64,000 nt of DNA from a plasmid. The stretch's first letter is position 1, and every line of letters begins with the position of its first letter. The notes under the pieces were generated by a model that ran no database searches, had not been told where the DNA came from, and saw only the letters and a list, made by a program, of their open reading frames with translations. The position numbers and the translations under genes were made by a program. Where the stretch lies: sequence record NZ_CP023526.1; one strand, given 5' to 3'. Below, piece by piece: positions 31,627 to 43,603 of the stretch.

Positions 31627-31827
31627 TCAGTGATCCAGCGTGAAAACCGCCTTGCCGCGCATCTGACCGGCCTGTATCTGTTGTAATACGGCATCCGTTG
31701 TTGACCAGTCGGCCAACTGGATATCCACGCGCAGCCGACCGTCAGCAACCAGCCCGATCAGCTCCGCGAGATCATCCTTATCGTCAGCCTCCGACAATTC
31801 ATTGTACACAAAATGCCGCAGCGTCAT
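31627..31827 (-). pseudogene. C-terminal fragment of a zinc-type alcohol dehydrogenase / quinone oxidoreductase, truncated by the Tn3-like insertion.
   Basis: Resembles the MDR-family C-terminus (..GKAVFTLDH). Only 66 aa, and it abuts the Tn3 IR. Confidence 0.45.
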
Positions 31828-31890
31828 GCCTTCATGCCCGCCGAGCTGGCTGAAGAAGGGGTCTGACGCTCAGTGGAACGAAAACTCACG

Positions 31891-34800
31891 TTAAGCAATG
31901 TTTTCTTCCTCTGACGCCTCTTTTAATGGCCGCAAATGTCCTTTTGTCACCAGTTCTGCCAGTGTGAAGGAATAATGGCCGAGCATATTGATATGCCCGT
32001 GGCAAAGCGGTGAGAGTCGTGCAATATCTTCATCATTCAGGGTTTCCCCCTGTGCCCGGAGATGATCCAGGGCTGCCTGCATATAAATAGTGTTCCATAA
32101 CACGACGGCGTTAGTGACCAACCCCAGTGCGCCCAATTGATCTTCCTGACCGTCAGTATATCGCTTTCTTATCTCACCTTTCTGACCGTGACAAATAGCT
32201 CTGGCAACGGCATGGCGACTTTCTCCCCGGTTTAGTTGGGTCAGAATGCGCCGACGATAATCTTCATCATCAATATAATTAAGCAGATACAGCGTTTTGT
32301 TGATGCGTCCCACTTCAATGATTGCCTGAGTCAATCCGGAAGGGCGTTCACTCTTCAGTAACGAGCGAACCAGCACCGAAGCCTGCACCTTGCCCAACTT
32401 CAGGGAGCCTGCAGCCCGGATCATTTCGTCCCACTGAAGGACTATTTTTTGGGGTGCTGACTGCCCTCTGGCAATATCATTCAGCACCCCATAATCAGCG
32501 TCATTGTCCATGCGCCAGAAAACCGAAGCACCGGCATCAGCCAGGCGTGGGGAAAACTGGTATCCCAACAGCCAGAAAAGACCAAAGACAAGATCGCTGG
32601 CCCCAGCGGTATCGGTCATAATTTCGGTAGGATTCAGCCCAGTTTCCTGTTCCAGAAGGCCTTCCAGCACAAAGATTGAGTCTCTCAGCGTCCCTGGTAT
32701 AACAATGCCATGAAAGCCGGAATACTGATCGGACATAAAGTTGTACCAGGTGATCCCCCTGTTATGGCCAAAGTATTTGCGGTTCGGTCCGGCATTGATT
32801 GTTCTGACCGGCGTAACAAAGCGCATTCCGTCTGCAGAGGCCACTTCGCCACCACCCCAGACCTGTGCCAGTGGCAGCGTTGCCTGAAAATCAACCAGCC
32901 TGGCATTCGCACTGGTGATAGTTTCAGCCCGCAGGTAGTTTGCTTTTGTCCAGTTCAGCCGGTGTCGGGTCAGGGCTGGAACATTTGACCGTATCAGGGG
33001 CTCCAGGCCGATATTGCAGGCCTCAGCCATCAGTACGGCGCTGATGCTGATGGGCAGATCGTCAACTCTGGCGCTGGCTTCGCTGGCGTGGAAAAACTCA
33101 TCAGCAAATCCGGTGTGGGCATTGATTTCGAGCAACAGCTCTGTCAAATCTACAGTCGGAAGCAGATCACTGACCTGTTTGCTCAGTCGTTTCAGACTGT
33201 CCGGTTCGTCAAGACTGGCGAGGGGAGAAATTGTCAGCCTGGGTTTTGGGCCGGAAATATCCAGTTTAACCGCCTCATTTTCGCCAAGGCGTGCGGCAAC
33301 CTGCCTGTAACGGGTGTCCAATTGGAGACCCAGCGATTTTATTGCGTCCTGTGGATTCGTCGGGTGCCCCAGAGAACGATAAACTTTAATTCGGTTTGCC
33401 TGCCAGTCTGCGCCCTGTAGTAATTTTTCGCGGGGATCGCCCCACCGGCTACTGCCGGTGACGTAGACATCCCGCCGCCTCAGGCTGTCCTGCAGTTTAC
33501 TGAGAAAGCACAGCGTGTATCCCCTTCGGGTAATATGTTTTTCCTTATTAACAACCAGTCGTTTCCATGGACGGCTAATGATTTCCGTTGGTGCATCATC
33601 AAAATACTGCCGCCGTGAGCTGAACTCGCGGCTGAGGTAATCGCAGGCATTCAGGATAGTGCTCCCGGCGGGAGCTGCTGAAAATTTAACGGTATTCAGC
33701 AGACGGGGCAGGAAACGACGAACCCGCCCGTACTGTTCCACCATTTCGTCATGAAAGTTATCGTCTGATGGTCGGGCAATTTCGTGGACAAGTGCGATGA
33801 TGTCGGCCAGTTTTTGCCTTGAGATGTGGCTGAATACTTCAGCCCGGATTGATTCGTCCGGCGTTTCCTCTTTCAGCAGGTACGAACATGCGCTGGCGAG
33901 CGCCAGTGCTGATTTATCCAGATCTTTCAGCGATCGGAGCCGTTTTTTCTGCCCAATCTTTCTGGCGTCACGGATGATAACAGCCAGCATGGCATCCAGA
34001 ACGTCCAGAGCATCATCCAGCGCCAGCGTCTCCCATGCAAGGACAAAGGCAACCAGTATCACTGTCCTTTTCTGCGGAGCCATCCTGGCGATATTGAACA
34101 CCGAAGTCATTCCCGCATAACGAGCGAGATTTTTTAGACGTACAGCCGGGATCGCACTCAGATTATCAGTATGAAGGCCAAAATCGCTCAGCGTTTTCCA
34201 GCGATCAATTGCCTCATTAAACGCCGGGCCGCTGATGGTGACCGGGCCTTTCTTCAGTGATTCCAGCAAAGACAGGCGGCCGGAATCAGCAGGTCCCAGC
34301 AGCGTCTCCAGTTGTGAACGCTGCACGGCAGACGGAATCATTGCCAGCCTGTTCCACAGTCGCAGCGTTGCCTTTTCCCTTACCTCTGAAATCAGTCGGG
34401 TCAGCGTGGTCGCGCCGGGGAGAATAATCCTGTGCTGCATCAGCCACCCTGTAGCCAGCTCAAAAAGCAGGCCCGGACGCTCGTTGCTTATCCAGCTCCG
34501 GGTATATAAAAGACGGGTAAGACGAAAAGTCCAGGGCCAGGAAAATTCACGATAATCATAATGCTGACGTATCAGCGCGGCATGCTCACGACGGGTATTT
34601 TCTCTCTGGCCGTATTCTGCCAGCACGGTGATATCATGGATGGCGAGCTGTCTGGCAATAAAGTGCCGAACGCCGGAAGGAATATGATTCATATCGGTGA
34701 GGAAGGTGCCCAGAAAACGGACGCATCCAATTTGCAGGGCAATACCCAAACGATTGTGATCACCTCTGCTTTTTCCGATAAATTCCTTGTCTGCTTCATC

Positions 34801-34896
34801 AAGGTGAAAATATCGTGCCAACTGAAGCTCATCCGGCTCACCGGTGAATCGACCATAGCTTTCAGTCTGCTCAGTGGTCAGAAAATCGACGGGCAT
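31891..34896 (-). CDS. tnpA: Tn3 transposase TnpA (1001 aa).
   Basis: Essentially colinear with the Tn3/Tn1/Tn2 TnpA sequence. Confidence 0.95.
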   Translation of the reverse strand: MPVDFLTTEQTESYGRFTGEPDELQLARYFHLDEADKEFIGKSRGDHNRLGIALQIGCVRFLGTFLTDMNHIPSGVRHFIARQLAIHDITVLAEYGQRENTRREHAALIRQHYDYREFSWPWTFRLTRLLYTRSWISNERPGLLFELATGWLMQHRIILPGATTLTRLISEVREKATLRLWNRLAMIPSAVQRSQLETLLGPADSGRLSLLESLKKGPVTISGPAFNEAIDRWKTLSDFGLHTDNLSAIPAVRLKNLARYAGMTSVFNIARMAPQKRTVILVAFVLAWETLALDDALDVLDAMLAVIIRDARKIGQKKRLRSLKDLDKSALALASACSYLLKEETPDESIRAEVFSHISRQKLADIIALVHEIARPSDDNFHDEMVEQYGRVRRFLPRLLNTVKFSAAPAGSTILNACDYLSREFSSRRQYFDDAPTEIISRPWKRLVVNKEKHITRRGYTLCFLSKLQDSLRRRDVYVTGSSRWGDPREKLLQGADWQANRIKVYRSLGHPTNPQDAIKSLGLQLDTRYRQVAARLGENEAVKLDISGPKPRLTISPLASLDEPDSLKRLSKQVSDLLPTVDLTELLLEINAHTGFADEFFHASEASARVDDLPISISAVLMAEACNIGLEPLIRSNVPALTRHRLNWTKANYLRAETITSANARLVDFQATLPLAQVWGGGEVASADGMRFVTPVRTINAGPNRKYFGHNRGITWYNFMSDQYSGFHGIVIPGTLRDSIFVLEGLLEQETGLNPTEIMTDTAGASDLVFGLFWLLGYQFSPRLADAGASVFWRMDNDADYGVLNDIARGQSAPQKIVLQWDEMIRAAGSLKLGKVQASVLVRSLLKSERPSGLTQAIIEVGRINKTLYLLNYIDDEDYRRRILTQLNRGESRHAVARAICHGQKGEIRKRYTDGQEDQLGALGLVTNAVVLWNTIYMQAALDHLRAQGETLNDEDIARLSPLCHGHINMLGHYSFTLAELVTKGHLRPLKEASEEENIA

Positions 34897-34957
34897 ACCG
34901 GCCTCCCTGCCTGACGGCTATTTGTTAATAACTTTGTAACCGTCCGAAATGTTATAA

Positions 34958-35605
<648 letters not shown>

Positions 35606-35650
35606 CTTTATTATACGGATACAATCATTAAATATGAACTGGAGGTACAA

Positions 35651-36133
35651 ATGAAAGGATACTTAATTATTTTATTTTTTATTACTGGCACTGCTAACGC
35701 TTCAGAAGCCATATCAAATAAGTACACAATAGATTCGGACAACCAGTTAATATTATCGAATGGAAATATTAAGGCTGTTGGCCATGTACACGCTGTAAGC
35801 GGGGATATGACTATTGATGCAGAAGAAGCTATTTATCATCGTGAAAACCCCAACGATACATATATAACTGCCACAGGGAATCCAATAAAATACAATGGGA
35901 TAACAGAAGACGGTAAACCGTTCTCAGGAAATTCTAAAAAGCTTAAATATACTCCAGAAACAGGAGAGGTTATCCTAACAGATGAGGCTTTTGTTCAGCA
36001 GAATGGAAATACTCTATCGGCCGAAGTAATAACATACAACACCATTACGAAAAAAATGATAGCTTCTGCTGCACCTGGTAAAAGAGTAAGGAGTGTGATT
36101 TATCCTGACAAGGTATCACAGACGAAAAAATAA
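35651..36133 (+). CDS. LptA/OstA_N-like periplasmic protein, the cargo gene of the Tn3-like element.
   Basis: Signal peptide plus OstA-like beta-jellyroll sequence features. AT-rich relative to tnpA/tnpR. Confidence 0.55.
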   Translation: MKGYLIILFFITGTANASEAISNKYTIDSDNQLILSNGNIKAVGHVHAVSGDMTIDAEEAIYHRENPNDTYITATGNPIKYNGITEDGKPFSGNSKKLKYTPETGEVILTDEAFVQQNGNTLSAEVITYNTITKKMIASAAPGKRVRSVIYPDKVSQTKK

Positions 36134-36785
36134 TTATTCTTAGTCAGCATGCTGAATCTGACAAAAACCATTTACCCAAACAGTAAACTGTTAGGGTAAA
36201 TGGTCAATGTTCCAACACGTAATGAAAGCTTAGCGTGAGTTTTCGTTCCACTGAGCGTCAGACCCCGATCCGAAAAAAGCTAGACGTGGAGATGAGAATA
36301 ACTACCTCATAAGAAGCAAAATTTACCCCTTTGGGGGCTTTTATTCAGTGCAGAACCTTCCGGGAAAACGGGTTTTCGTGGGGAGTCGGATCGTAATGTG
36401 CGCAATAAGAATATTTTAAATAATTCAATTAAATCAGTTTGATAGGTGTTTTTTTCAGAATGTTAGTCCCTGTTGCCGGAGGTTTTCGGAAGTAGAAGTA
36501 AGAGGTGAGGGCAATCAGTATAGTCAATTACAATAAGCAGGTGGAGAGCAGAACAATGCCAGAAGAGGCGCTTTTTTATAGCTCCCACCGCTCTGGTTCT
36601 CTGTTGTAACGGCATCATCCCATCTGTGATAGCGGTCAGTCATCCGGCGTTCATCGTTGAAGTGACGACAGAATGGCTTACAGACCGGAGTCTCAGAGAG
36701 GAGATCTGTCTCAGCCGTATAGCGATTGCTATACATAACATTTGTGCTATTATTGTAAAGCAATTGCTATACAAGGAGTGCACAC

Positions 36786-37525
<740 letters not shown>

Positions 37526-37709
37526 AAGGTGAGCGGAAGGTAACTCGTAACAAATTGATTTAGAACATTATATTTAGTAAATTTAACATAAGATAGATTA
37601 TGCGCACCATGATTGTAACTCCAATATTCTGATGTCACTTTTAACACATTTAGTGATGTCACTTTTTCTGGCATAAAGGATTCAATCCTCAGGCCATGGA
37701 GACATCAGG

Positions 37710-39068
37710 ATGCTTGTGACCATGTCAGATAAAGAACTCAGTCGGATCAACATCATTCAGTCAGTTGTTGAAAAGCGCATGCGCCGTCGCGATGCTGCTC
37801 ATCAGCTTGCTTTGACCGAACGTCAGACACAGCGTTTGATGAACCGCTTTCGTGAATCTGGTGCTGCAGGTCTGGCAAACCTTCGACGAGGACGCCCCGG
37901 TAATCATAGACTTCCTGAGTCACTGAAGCTGCGTGTACTTTCTTTACTTCACGATCATTACAGCGACTTTGGACCAACGCTGGCCGCAGAAAAATTGCGC
38001 GAACGCCATAACATCACGGTGTCTATTGAAACACTGAGAAAATGGATGACGGCTGATGGGCTCTGGGTCCAATACTCACGTCGCAGGCCACGTGTTCATC
38101 AACCCAGATACCGGCGTGACTGCCTTGGAGAACTTGTTCAGATCGATGGTTCCCCGCATGACTGGTTTGAAGGACGTGCCCCCAAATGCTGCCTGCTCGT
38201 CTTCATTGATGATGCTACTGGGCGCCTGATGCACCTCCGTTTCGGCGAGACTGAATCAGCCTTTGATTACATGATGGCCACCCGCGAGTATCTTGAACAG
38301 CATGGCAAACCACTGGCGTTCTACAGCGATAAGCACGGCATTTTCAGGGTCAATAATGGTGGCACTACCACAACTGGAATCACTCAGTTCGGCCGGGTGC
38401 TTTCCGAACTGGGGATCGAGTTGATATGCGCCAACAGCCCGCAAGCTAAAGGTCGCGTTGAGCGCGCAAACCAGACTCTTCAGGATCGACTTATCAAAGA
38501 AATGCGGCTTGAAGGCATCAGCAGCATCGAGGATGCCAATGCCTGGCTGGATTCCTTCATTATTGACTTCAATCGTCGTTTTGCCAGACCAGCAAAATAT
38601 CCCAAAGACCTGCATCGACCGGTGGTTGAAAGCTCTGAAGATCTGGATGATATCTTTGCTTGGCAGGAATCACGAAAACTCTCGAAAACACTGACTTTCC
38701 GTTACGATAAGATGATATATCTCGTTGAACCTACGGAAGAAAATACCAGAATTGCAGGTGAAAAAATCACAGTTTACGACTACCCAGATGGTACGCTGGC
38801 GTTTAAATATGGCTACCGATCACTCAATTATCAGGTCTTCGATAAACTGGAATGCATCGACCAGGGGCAAATCGTTGATAACAAACGGCTCGGTGCTGTA
38901 CTGAAACTGGCTCAGGACAAGATGGATGAATTGGATCGAGAGGGAAAGCGAGATAGGAGTAAAAAAATGCCCAAACGACGTGCACAGGCCCGGGTTCAGG
39001 AGCAACTCAAGGCCATCAACCCTGTACTGGCTAATCCTGAAGAGTTCCGAGCCAGTCTGAAACGCTAG
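37710..39068 (+). CDS. DDE transposase, ISNCY/IS1202-group-like (N-terminal HTH plus rve core). The element is roughly 37640-39500 with TGATGTCAC / GTGACAT subterminal repeats.
   Basis: 452-aa ORF with an integrase-core DDE architecture. Short inverted GTGACAT motifs are seen near both ends. Confidence 0.6.
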   Translation: MLVTMSDKELSRINIIQSVVEKRMRRRDAAHQLALTERQTQRLMNRFRESGAAGLANLRRGRPGNHRLPESLKLRVLSLLHDHYSDFGPTLAAEKLRERHNITVSIETLRKWMTADGLWVQYSRRRPRVHQPRYRRDCLGELVQIDGSPHDWFEGRAPKCCLLVFIDDATGRLMHLRFGETESAFDYMMATREYLEQHGKPLAFYSDKHGIFRVNNGGTTTTGITQFGRVLSELGIELICANSPQAKGRVERANQTLQDRLIKEMRLEGISSIEDANAWLDSFIIDFNRRFARPAKYPKDLHRPVVESSEDLDDIFAWQESRKLSKTLTFRYDKMIYLVEPTEENTRIAGEKITVYDYPDGTLAFKYGYRSLNYQVFDKLECIDQGQIVDNKRLGAVLKLAQDKMDELDREGKRDRSKKMPKRRAQARVQEQLKAINPVLANPEEFRASLKR

Positions 39069-39545
39069 CCCCCTGCTCTGTTCTGTTTTTTTACCTTTAG
39101 CAGTGTGATGGAGTGCAAGCTTCTGAAAACACGTCAGTTGGTTTTATAACCATGAACCCTCATTTCATATTTGGCATTACTGCCACAGTTCGTAAATATG
39201 AATCTGTTTGTCACTCAAGGAGATTTTTATGGGTATTAAACCTGGCCCAAAGCCGATTGCTGAATCAACTGGCAAAGAAGATAAAAGAAGGCGTGTCACT
39301 CCGGAAAACAAACCAAAGCATCCCGGACTGAAGGAACACGACCATAAAAAAGGCGAATAACAGCTTATTGGTATAGCCTCTCATCACAGGCATGGACGTC
39401 ATTCATGCCTGCTTTCCTCTGACATAAACCACCTTCTCTCTCTTCACATCACTTAAGGTGACATTTCTAACTGGCTAAATGAGGTGACATTTTAAGCTTG
39501 CAATAACATTAGCTAAATTTAAATGTCCGTCTCTGACCAAATGAC

Positions 39546-39800
39546 ATGTCCGCGCTACAGTCTCACCACAGCGATCACTGCTTTCCAAGGATGAGATTCA
39601 TGACGGCATACGGAACGGAGTTTTTCTCAATGAACGATGTGAACCGACTCAGGATCCTTCAGGACGTGATTGACAGGCGTCTGACAACACGCCTTGCAGC
39701 CAGCCGGCTGGAGATCTCTGACAGACACTGCCGCAATATGCACGGGTTACACGGAGACCATAGGTGTCCAGGCGTAGTCGTATTTGAGTCATTTTGTCGT
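39546..39800 (+). pseudogene. N-terminal fragment of a second ISNCY-like transposase. The IS left end is repeated at 42070-42140.
   Basis: MNDVNRLRILQDVIDRRLTTRLAASRLEIS parallels the N-terminus of the 37710 transposase. The 75-bp left-end sequence (..GACATGTCCGCGCTACAGT..AAGGATGAGA) recurs at 42070. Confidence 0.5.
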
Positions 39801-40125
39801 GCCTCGTTTTGTGCAGCAGGACAGCCTGTTCAAGCACCTTTATCAGTTCCTCGGCTGAAACCTCTGGCGACACGGCTATGCAACCTGGCAGAACAGAGCA
39901 ACTGCCAGTACGAACAGGCAGGCCACACCGGCACTGGCAGCACCGGTAATGAGGTAGCCCGCAACAACCTGTAACCAACTCATTATGGCCGCTCATTGCG
40001 GTAGGCGTGGATACGGCGTTTTATCGTCATTCATTTCTTCACCTCGCTGCTAATCCACGGCGACGCTGTTAGTAGTTAATACATTGGCAGTTACACAGAA
40101 TCACTGACAGGCACTGATAGCAAAA

Positions 40126-40419
40126 TTAAAAGGTGTCCCACTGAGGAAAGTCCTGATAACCCATGTACATGGCATACCCAACATAGTTAACATATCTTGT
40201 TGTTCCCGATCTGTTCCTCGGGGTGAACCGGGCGACTTTGCGGTGCAGCTTGGAGCGATTGACTATTAGCCTTTTGTTTCTCAGTTCGCCTAAGTAGCGC
40301 CCATCAACACCATAGACTTCATTGCCGTTCAGTTTGCCAACATGCTTGCCTCTGTACGTATAAAGATCGTCATTGGATATGTAGCCGAAATATTTTCCTG
40401 ACCAAGTCCAAATATTCAT
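40126..40419 (-). CDS. Hypothetical 97-aa protein with internal Gly/Tyr-rich repeats.
   Basis: ORF only. Confidence 0.35.
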   Translation of the reverse strand: MNIWTWSGKYFGYISNDDLYTYRGKHVGKLNGNEVYGVDGRYLGELRNKRLIVNRSKLHRKVARFTPRNRSGTTRYVNYVGYAMYMGYQDFPQWDTF

Positions 40420-40850
40420 TTTTAGCCTCCATTTAGCTTATAAAAAAAAACCAAATCATGATGTTGTTGACTTATCAAGCCAACCAACCGTTAAACATAC
40501 AACAGTGGCCACCTGGGATTGCAGTTATATTTACCCATAAGAAAATAACTAAATAACCGGTCAACAACATAATGCCGGAAATTACTGGGTAACGTAGGCT
40601 TGCCGAATTTGATATTCACGAGGACCGTCTATTATTCTCTGTTTTGCCCCTGCTGGCAGGGACGGTTCTAATTCAAGGATCAGCCAGTGGGTTCAGCATA
40701 CTGACTCGCCAGACAGGATCGGAATACCTCTCAATAACCAGGTCACGCACCATTACCGAAACGGGTTTGATATAGGGCGACAGTTGTAGCCTTAACAACA
40801 ATCAGAAATTTTGGGCTGCTCTGTTTGGGCAGAATTTCTTGTACATCCAC

Positions 40851-41177
40851 TCAAACGCTAATCAGGCGTTTGAAGAGAAGGTTCTGAATATCCTGCCTGT
40901 GGGACAGTATTGCATGAGCCGTTATTGCATCATCCTCAACCGAGTACAGGACTCTGTAGCCATCCGGAGTATTGCACTCCCGATATTTTGCGCAGCCTAT
41001 TTTGAGTAGTTCAGGGCAAATCTGACAACCCAACGGAAAATCACCTACCCTCTTTTCGAAGTGCTCAATGATGCCACTGATCACGTCTTTGGGTGCGGTG
41101 TCGATACGACGAAGATGGCTGGCGATGTCATCGATGCAGGTTTTGACGGTTTTGGTGTACTGAATCATTACCGCCAT
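40851..41177 (-). CDS. parE: ParE/RelE-family type II toxin.
   Basis: 108-aa ParE-like sequence. 1-bp overlap with the upstream Phd-like gene. Confidence 0.75.
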   Translation of the reverse strand: MAVMIQYTKTVKTCIDDIASHLRRIDTAPKDVISGIIEHFEKRVGDFPLGCQICPELLKIGCAKYRECNTPDGYRVLYSVEDDAITAHAILSHRQDIQNLLFKRLISV

Positions 41178-41404
41178 TACAGACCCGCCAGCAGTTGCTC
41201 TTTACTGAACACGTTACCGTCTGCTTTGTCTTTCTCTGAAAGCGTCAGCAGTTTAAGCAGTGCTATTGAGTTCTCTCGCTCCTGCTGCGCGGTGTAGGAC
41301 TCAATCACATACGCCGGAACCCCGTTCTGAGTGACCAGTATCGGTTCTTCCAGATCGAGCGATGCCGCGTTTTTCTTCACGTAGCTGATGGTTTCAACTT
41401 TCAT
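41177..41404 (-). CDS. phd: Phd/YefM-family antitoxin.
   Basis: MKVETISYVKKNAASLDLEEPILVTQNGVPAYVIESY is typical of Phd/YefM. Confidence 0.75.
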   Translation of the reverse strand: MKVETISYVKKNAASLDLEEPILVTQNGVPAYVIESYTAQQERENSIALLKLLTLSEKDKADGNVFSKEQLLAGL

Positions 41405-41470
41405 AATAACCTCACAGACAATAGAAGTCTAAATATAGGCCAAATTTGAGTTGTCTGCAATGTTACGATT

Positions 41471-41698
41471 TTGACGTACATCGCCCGCTGGAGAATGGCG
41501 AAAACCTGCAGGCGACACTTACCTTGCGCGGACAACGTAAGGTCTCAAAAAAACCTGACTTTACAGTATGATAAGAAGCTTTATTTGCTTGAGGATAATG
41601 AAGAAAACCGTCGTTTTCAGGGGAAATGCATCGATGTCTGGCAGTATCCGGACGGCCTGAGACCTCTCTTCCGGGCTGAAGCATTTGTTTGTGCCTGA
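41471..41698 (+). pseudogene. C-terminal fragment of an ISNCY-like transposase.
   Basis: NLTLQYDKKLYLLEDNEENRRFQGKCIDVWQYPDG parallels TLTFRYDKMIYLVEPTEENTRIAGEKITVYDYPDG of the 37710 transposase. Confidence 0.55.
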
Positions 41699-41748
41699 GC
41701 GAATGGCCAGGGGACGCACATTTGGGTAAAACTCTTCAATCCAGCGCT

Positions 41749-42040
41749 TTAGAATTTCGCTACTGGGTAGCCGATGACACGGCGAGTGTACGACAGGCAA
41801 CCACCGTGAGTAAGATAATGCTCAACAGCAACAATTTTCTGTGCACGTGAATAGCGTTCTCTTGGCTTTAATTCCCTGGGTAAATCGCCCTTCTCTTCAT
41901 AAATCCTAACCCAACGGCTCAACTGTTTTGTGGAAGGATATCTCAGCTCCATGACAACAACGGAGACTTACTTTCTATACCGGTAATAGAGTTCGACGGC
42001 CCGGATCCAGTCCTCGTATGAATGCATAAATTAACCCCTG
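41749..42040 (-). pseudogene. IS3-family (IS150-like) OrfA remnant with an internal stop.
   Basis: LSRWVRIYEEKGDLPRELKP and KIVAVEHYLTHGGCLSYTRRVIGYP HTH repeats resemble IS150 OrfA. A stop lies after the MHSYEDWIRAVELYYRYRK segment. Confidence 0.5.
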
Positions 42041-42282
42041 AAGGTCCAGGAATTCGTCCGCATCCTCCTCTGACCAAATAGACATGTCCGCGCTACAGTA
42101 TCATCACAGTGATCGCTGCTTTCTAAGGATGAGACCCATCTTCAGTCTGGCGGGCCCTTATATAGTGAGGTATCTACTATTTCCCGAGGACTTTTGATCA
42201 GGCCTTGTTTGTACCTATAAAGGTTAATACGGCTCAACGGTTATCAATGCCACTTTATACTACTGCTCGGTTAACAATGTCC

Positions 42283-42483
42283 TTAACCCTCTATACGACG
42301 TAATTCTGTTAATAGCTTCGGATTACGTTGCAGGAGCGCCAGCACCTTTAACGCAACGCCGGTAGGTTGGCGGCGTCCTAACTCCCAGCTCTGCACCAAC
42401 GCGGTTGATGCGCCGACCGCATCAGCGAATTCGGCGCGGGAAACGCCCAGTGACAGGCGCAATTCCTTCACATCTACCATCAC
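42283..42483 (-). CDS. YiaG-like XRE-family HTH protein, putative antitoxin/regulator.
   Basis: VKELRLSLGVSRAEFADAVGASTALVQSWELGRRQPTGVALKVLALLQRNP resembles E. coli YiaG. 4-bp overlap with the upstream gene. Confidence 0.65.
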   Translation of the reverse strand: MMVDVKELRLSLGVSRAEFADAVGASTALVQSWELGRRQPTGVALKVLALLQRNPKLLTELRRIEG

Positions 42484-43115
42484 GCGGCCTCCAGCGGCTT
42501 TTTGCTGATAATCAGGCGGCGGTGTGGATGTACATCACGGTCATAACCCCACGCATATTCAAGCCATCGGTTTTCCAGTTCATCCAGTGAGGTGATTGGA
42601 AACTTAGGCCAGTCCTCTCCTTCGGTTCCATCAGCAACGTAAAGCGAGTAACCGCTGTTATATGCCCAGTCGAGCATATCCAGCCAGAAACGCTGTCCAT
42701 CGCCTGTTTGCTCGCTGTCTGATACCACAATATTGGTGATATCCAGTAAATGGCGGAAAAACAGCTTTGCGAAGCCCTGAATGGCTGAATAATGGCGGCT
42801 GGATGGGGTACGCCAGACCATCACTTGAGTTACAGCGCTATGCGGATATGTGATTTCACGATGGTGCACCAGCTTCACGGCGTAGGCGGTATATGGCTTA
42901 CCTTCGTCAGTGGTGACGATTCGATACTGATCCTCAAACAGGGATTTGACCAGGCTATAGTTAGCTGGTGGCACATAGCCATCAATATGGTAATCCTCAA
43001 TACCACTGGCAAGAAATTGCTCAGTGTGCTCCGAATTTCTGGAGTACATCCCCAAATTTTTGCTGAAATCAGCGGAATCAATTTTCAACGGTGGCACGTT
43101 GTTGCGTTCTCTCAT
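42480..43115 (-). CDS. Hypothetical 211-aa protein translationally coupled to the YiaG-like HTH gene. Candidate toxin/effector partner.
   Basis: Clean ORF. No family recognised. Confidence 0.5.
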   Translation of the reverse strand: MRERNNVPPLKIDSADFSKNLGMYSRNSEHTEQFLASGIEDYHIDGYVPPANYSLVKSLFEDQYRIVTTDEGKPYTAYAVKLVHHREITYPHSAVTQVMVWRTPSSRHYSAIQGFAKLFFRHLLDITNIVVSDSEQTGDGQRFWLDMLDWAYNSGYSLYVADGTEGEDWPKFPITSLDELENRWLEYAWGYDRDVHPHRRLIISKKPLEAA

Positions 43116-43267
43116 TTTATCAGCTCCCGTTCAGGGGTAATGAACACAGCTTACCATGTACACTGTACGCAGACAACAGAACAGAAACCCCAGCTCGGCC
43201 GGCCGGGTTCAGGAAGTATGGCGGGGTAATCAGAATCAAGGCACAATAATCAGATGTGACACATTAT

Positions 43268-43603
43268 TTAATGAGTTATAGATTTAGAGAAGAGCTGAAT
43301 AATTATAATACCTGCTGCAATGCACGCCAATCCGATGAGTGCCGGAATGTCGAGTCGTTGTTTATATATCAAAAATGACATTACTGAAACAAGAAATATC
43401 CCCAAGCCGGCCCATATTGCATAAGCAATTCCAATATTCATTACTTTTACAACCTGCGAAAGCCCATAGAACGAAATAGAATAACCGAGAACCACAACAA
43501 CACTGGGTATCAATCTGGTGAATCCATGTGATGCCTTCATCATTGTGGTTGCCAGCGTTTCTGCCGTGATCGAAACAGCGAGAATGATATATATTTTCAA
43601 CAT
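43268..43603 (-). CDS. SMR-family small multidrug resistance efflux protein (EmrE/SugE-like).
   Basis: 111 aa with 4 TM segments and a conserved glutamate in TM1 (ITAETLATTMMKAS). Confidence 0.85.
   Translation of the reverse strand: MLKIYIILAVSITAETLATTMMKASHGFTRLIPSVVVVLGYSISFYGLSQVVKVMNIGIAYAIWAGLGIFLVSVMSFLIYKQRLDIPALIGLACIAAGIIIIQLFSKSITH

Noticed and set aside
36270-36780. Possible small RNA or leader between the Tn3 right IR and tacA (hairpin ccccTTTGgggg, palindromes TAGCAATTGCTA)
   Set aside because: The palindromes are better explained as TacA operator sites and the hairpin as a terminator. No evidence for a structured ncRNA from sequence alone.
39649-39996. 115-aa minus-strand ORF overlapping the truncated ISNCY-like fragment
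   Set aside because: Antisense to a recognisable transposase N-terminal fragment. No independent support.
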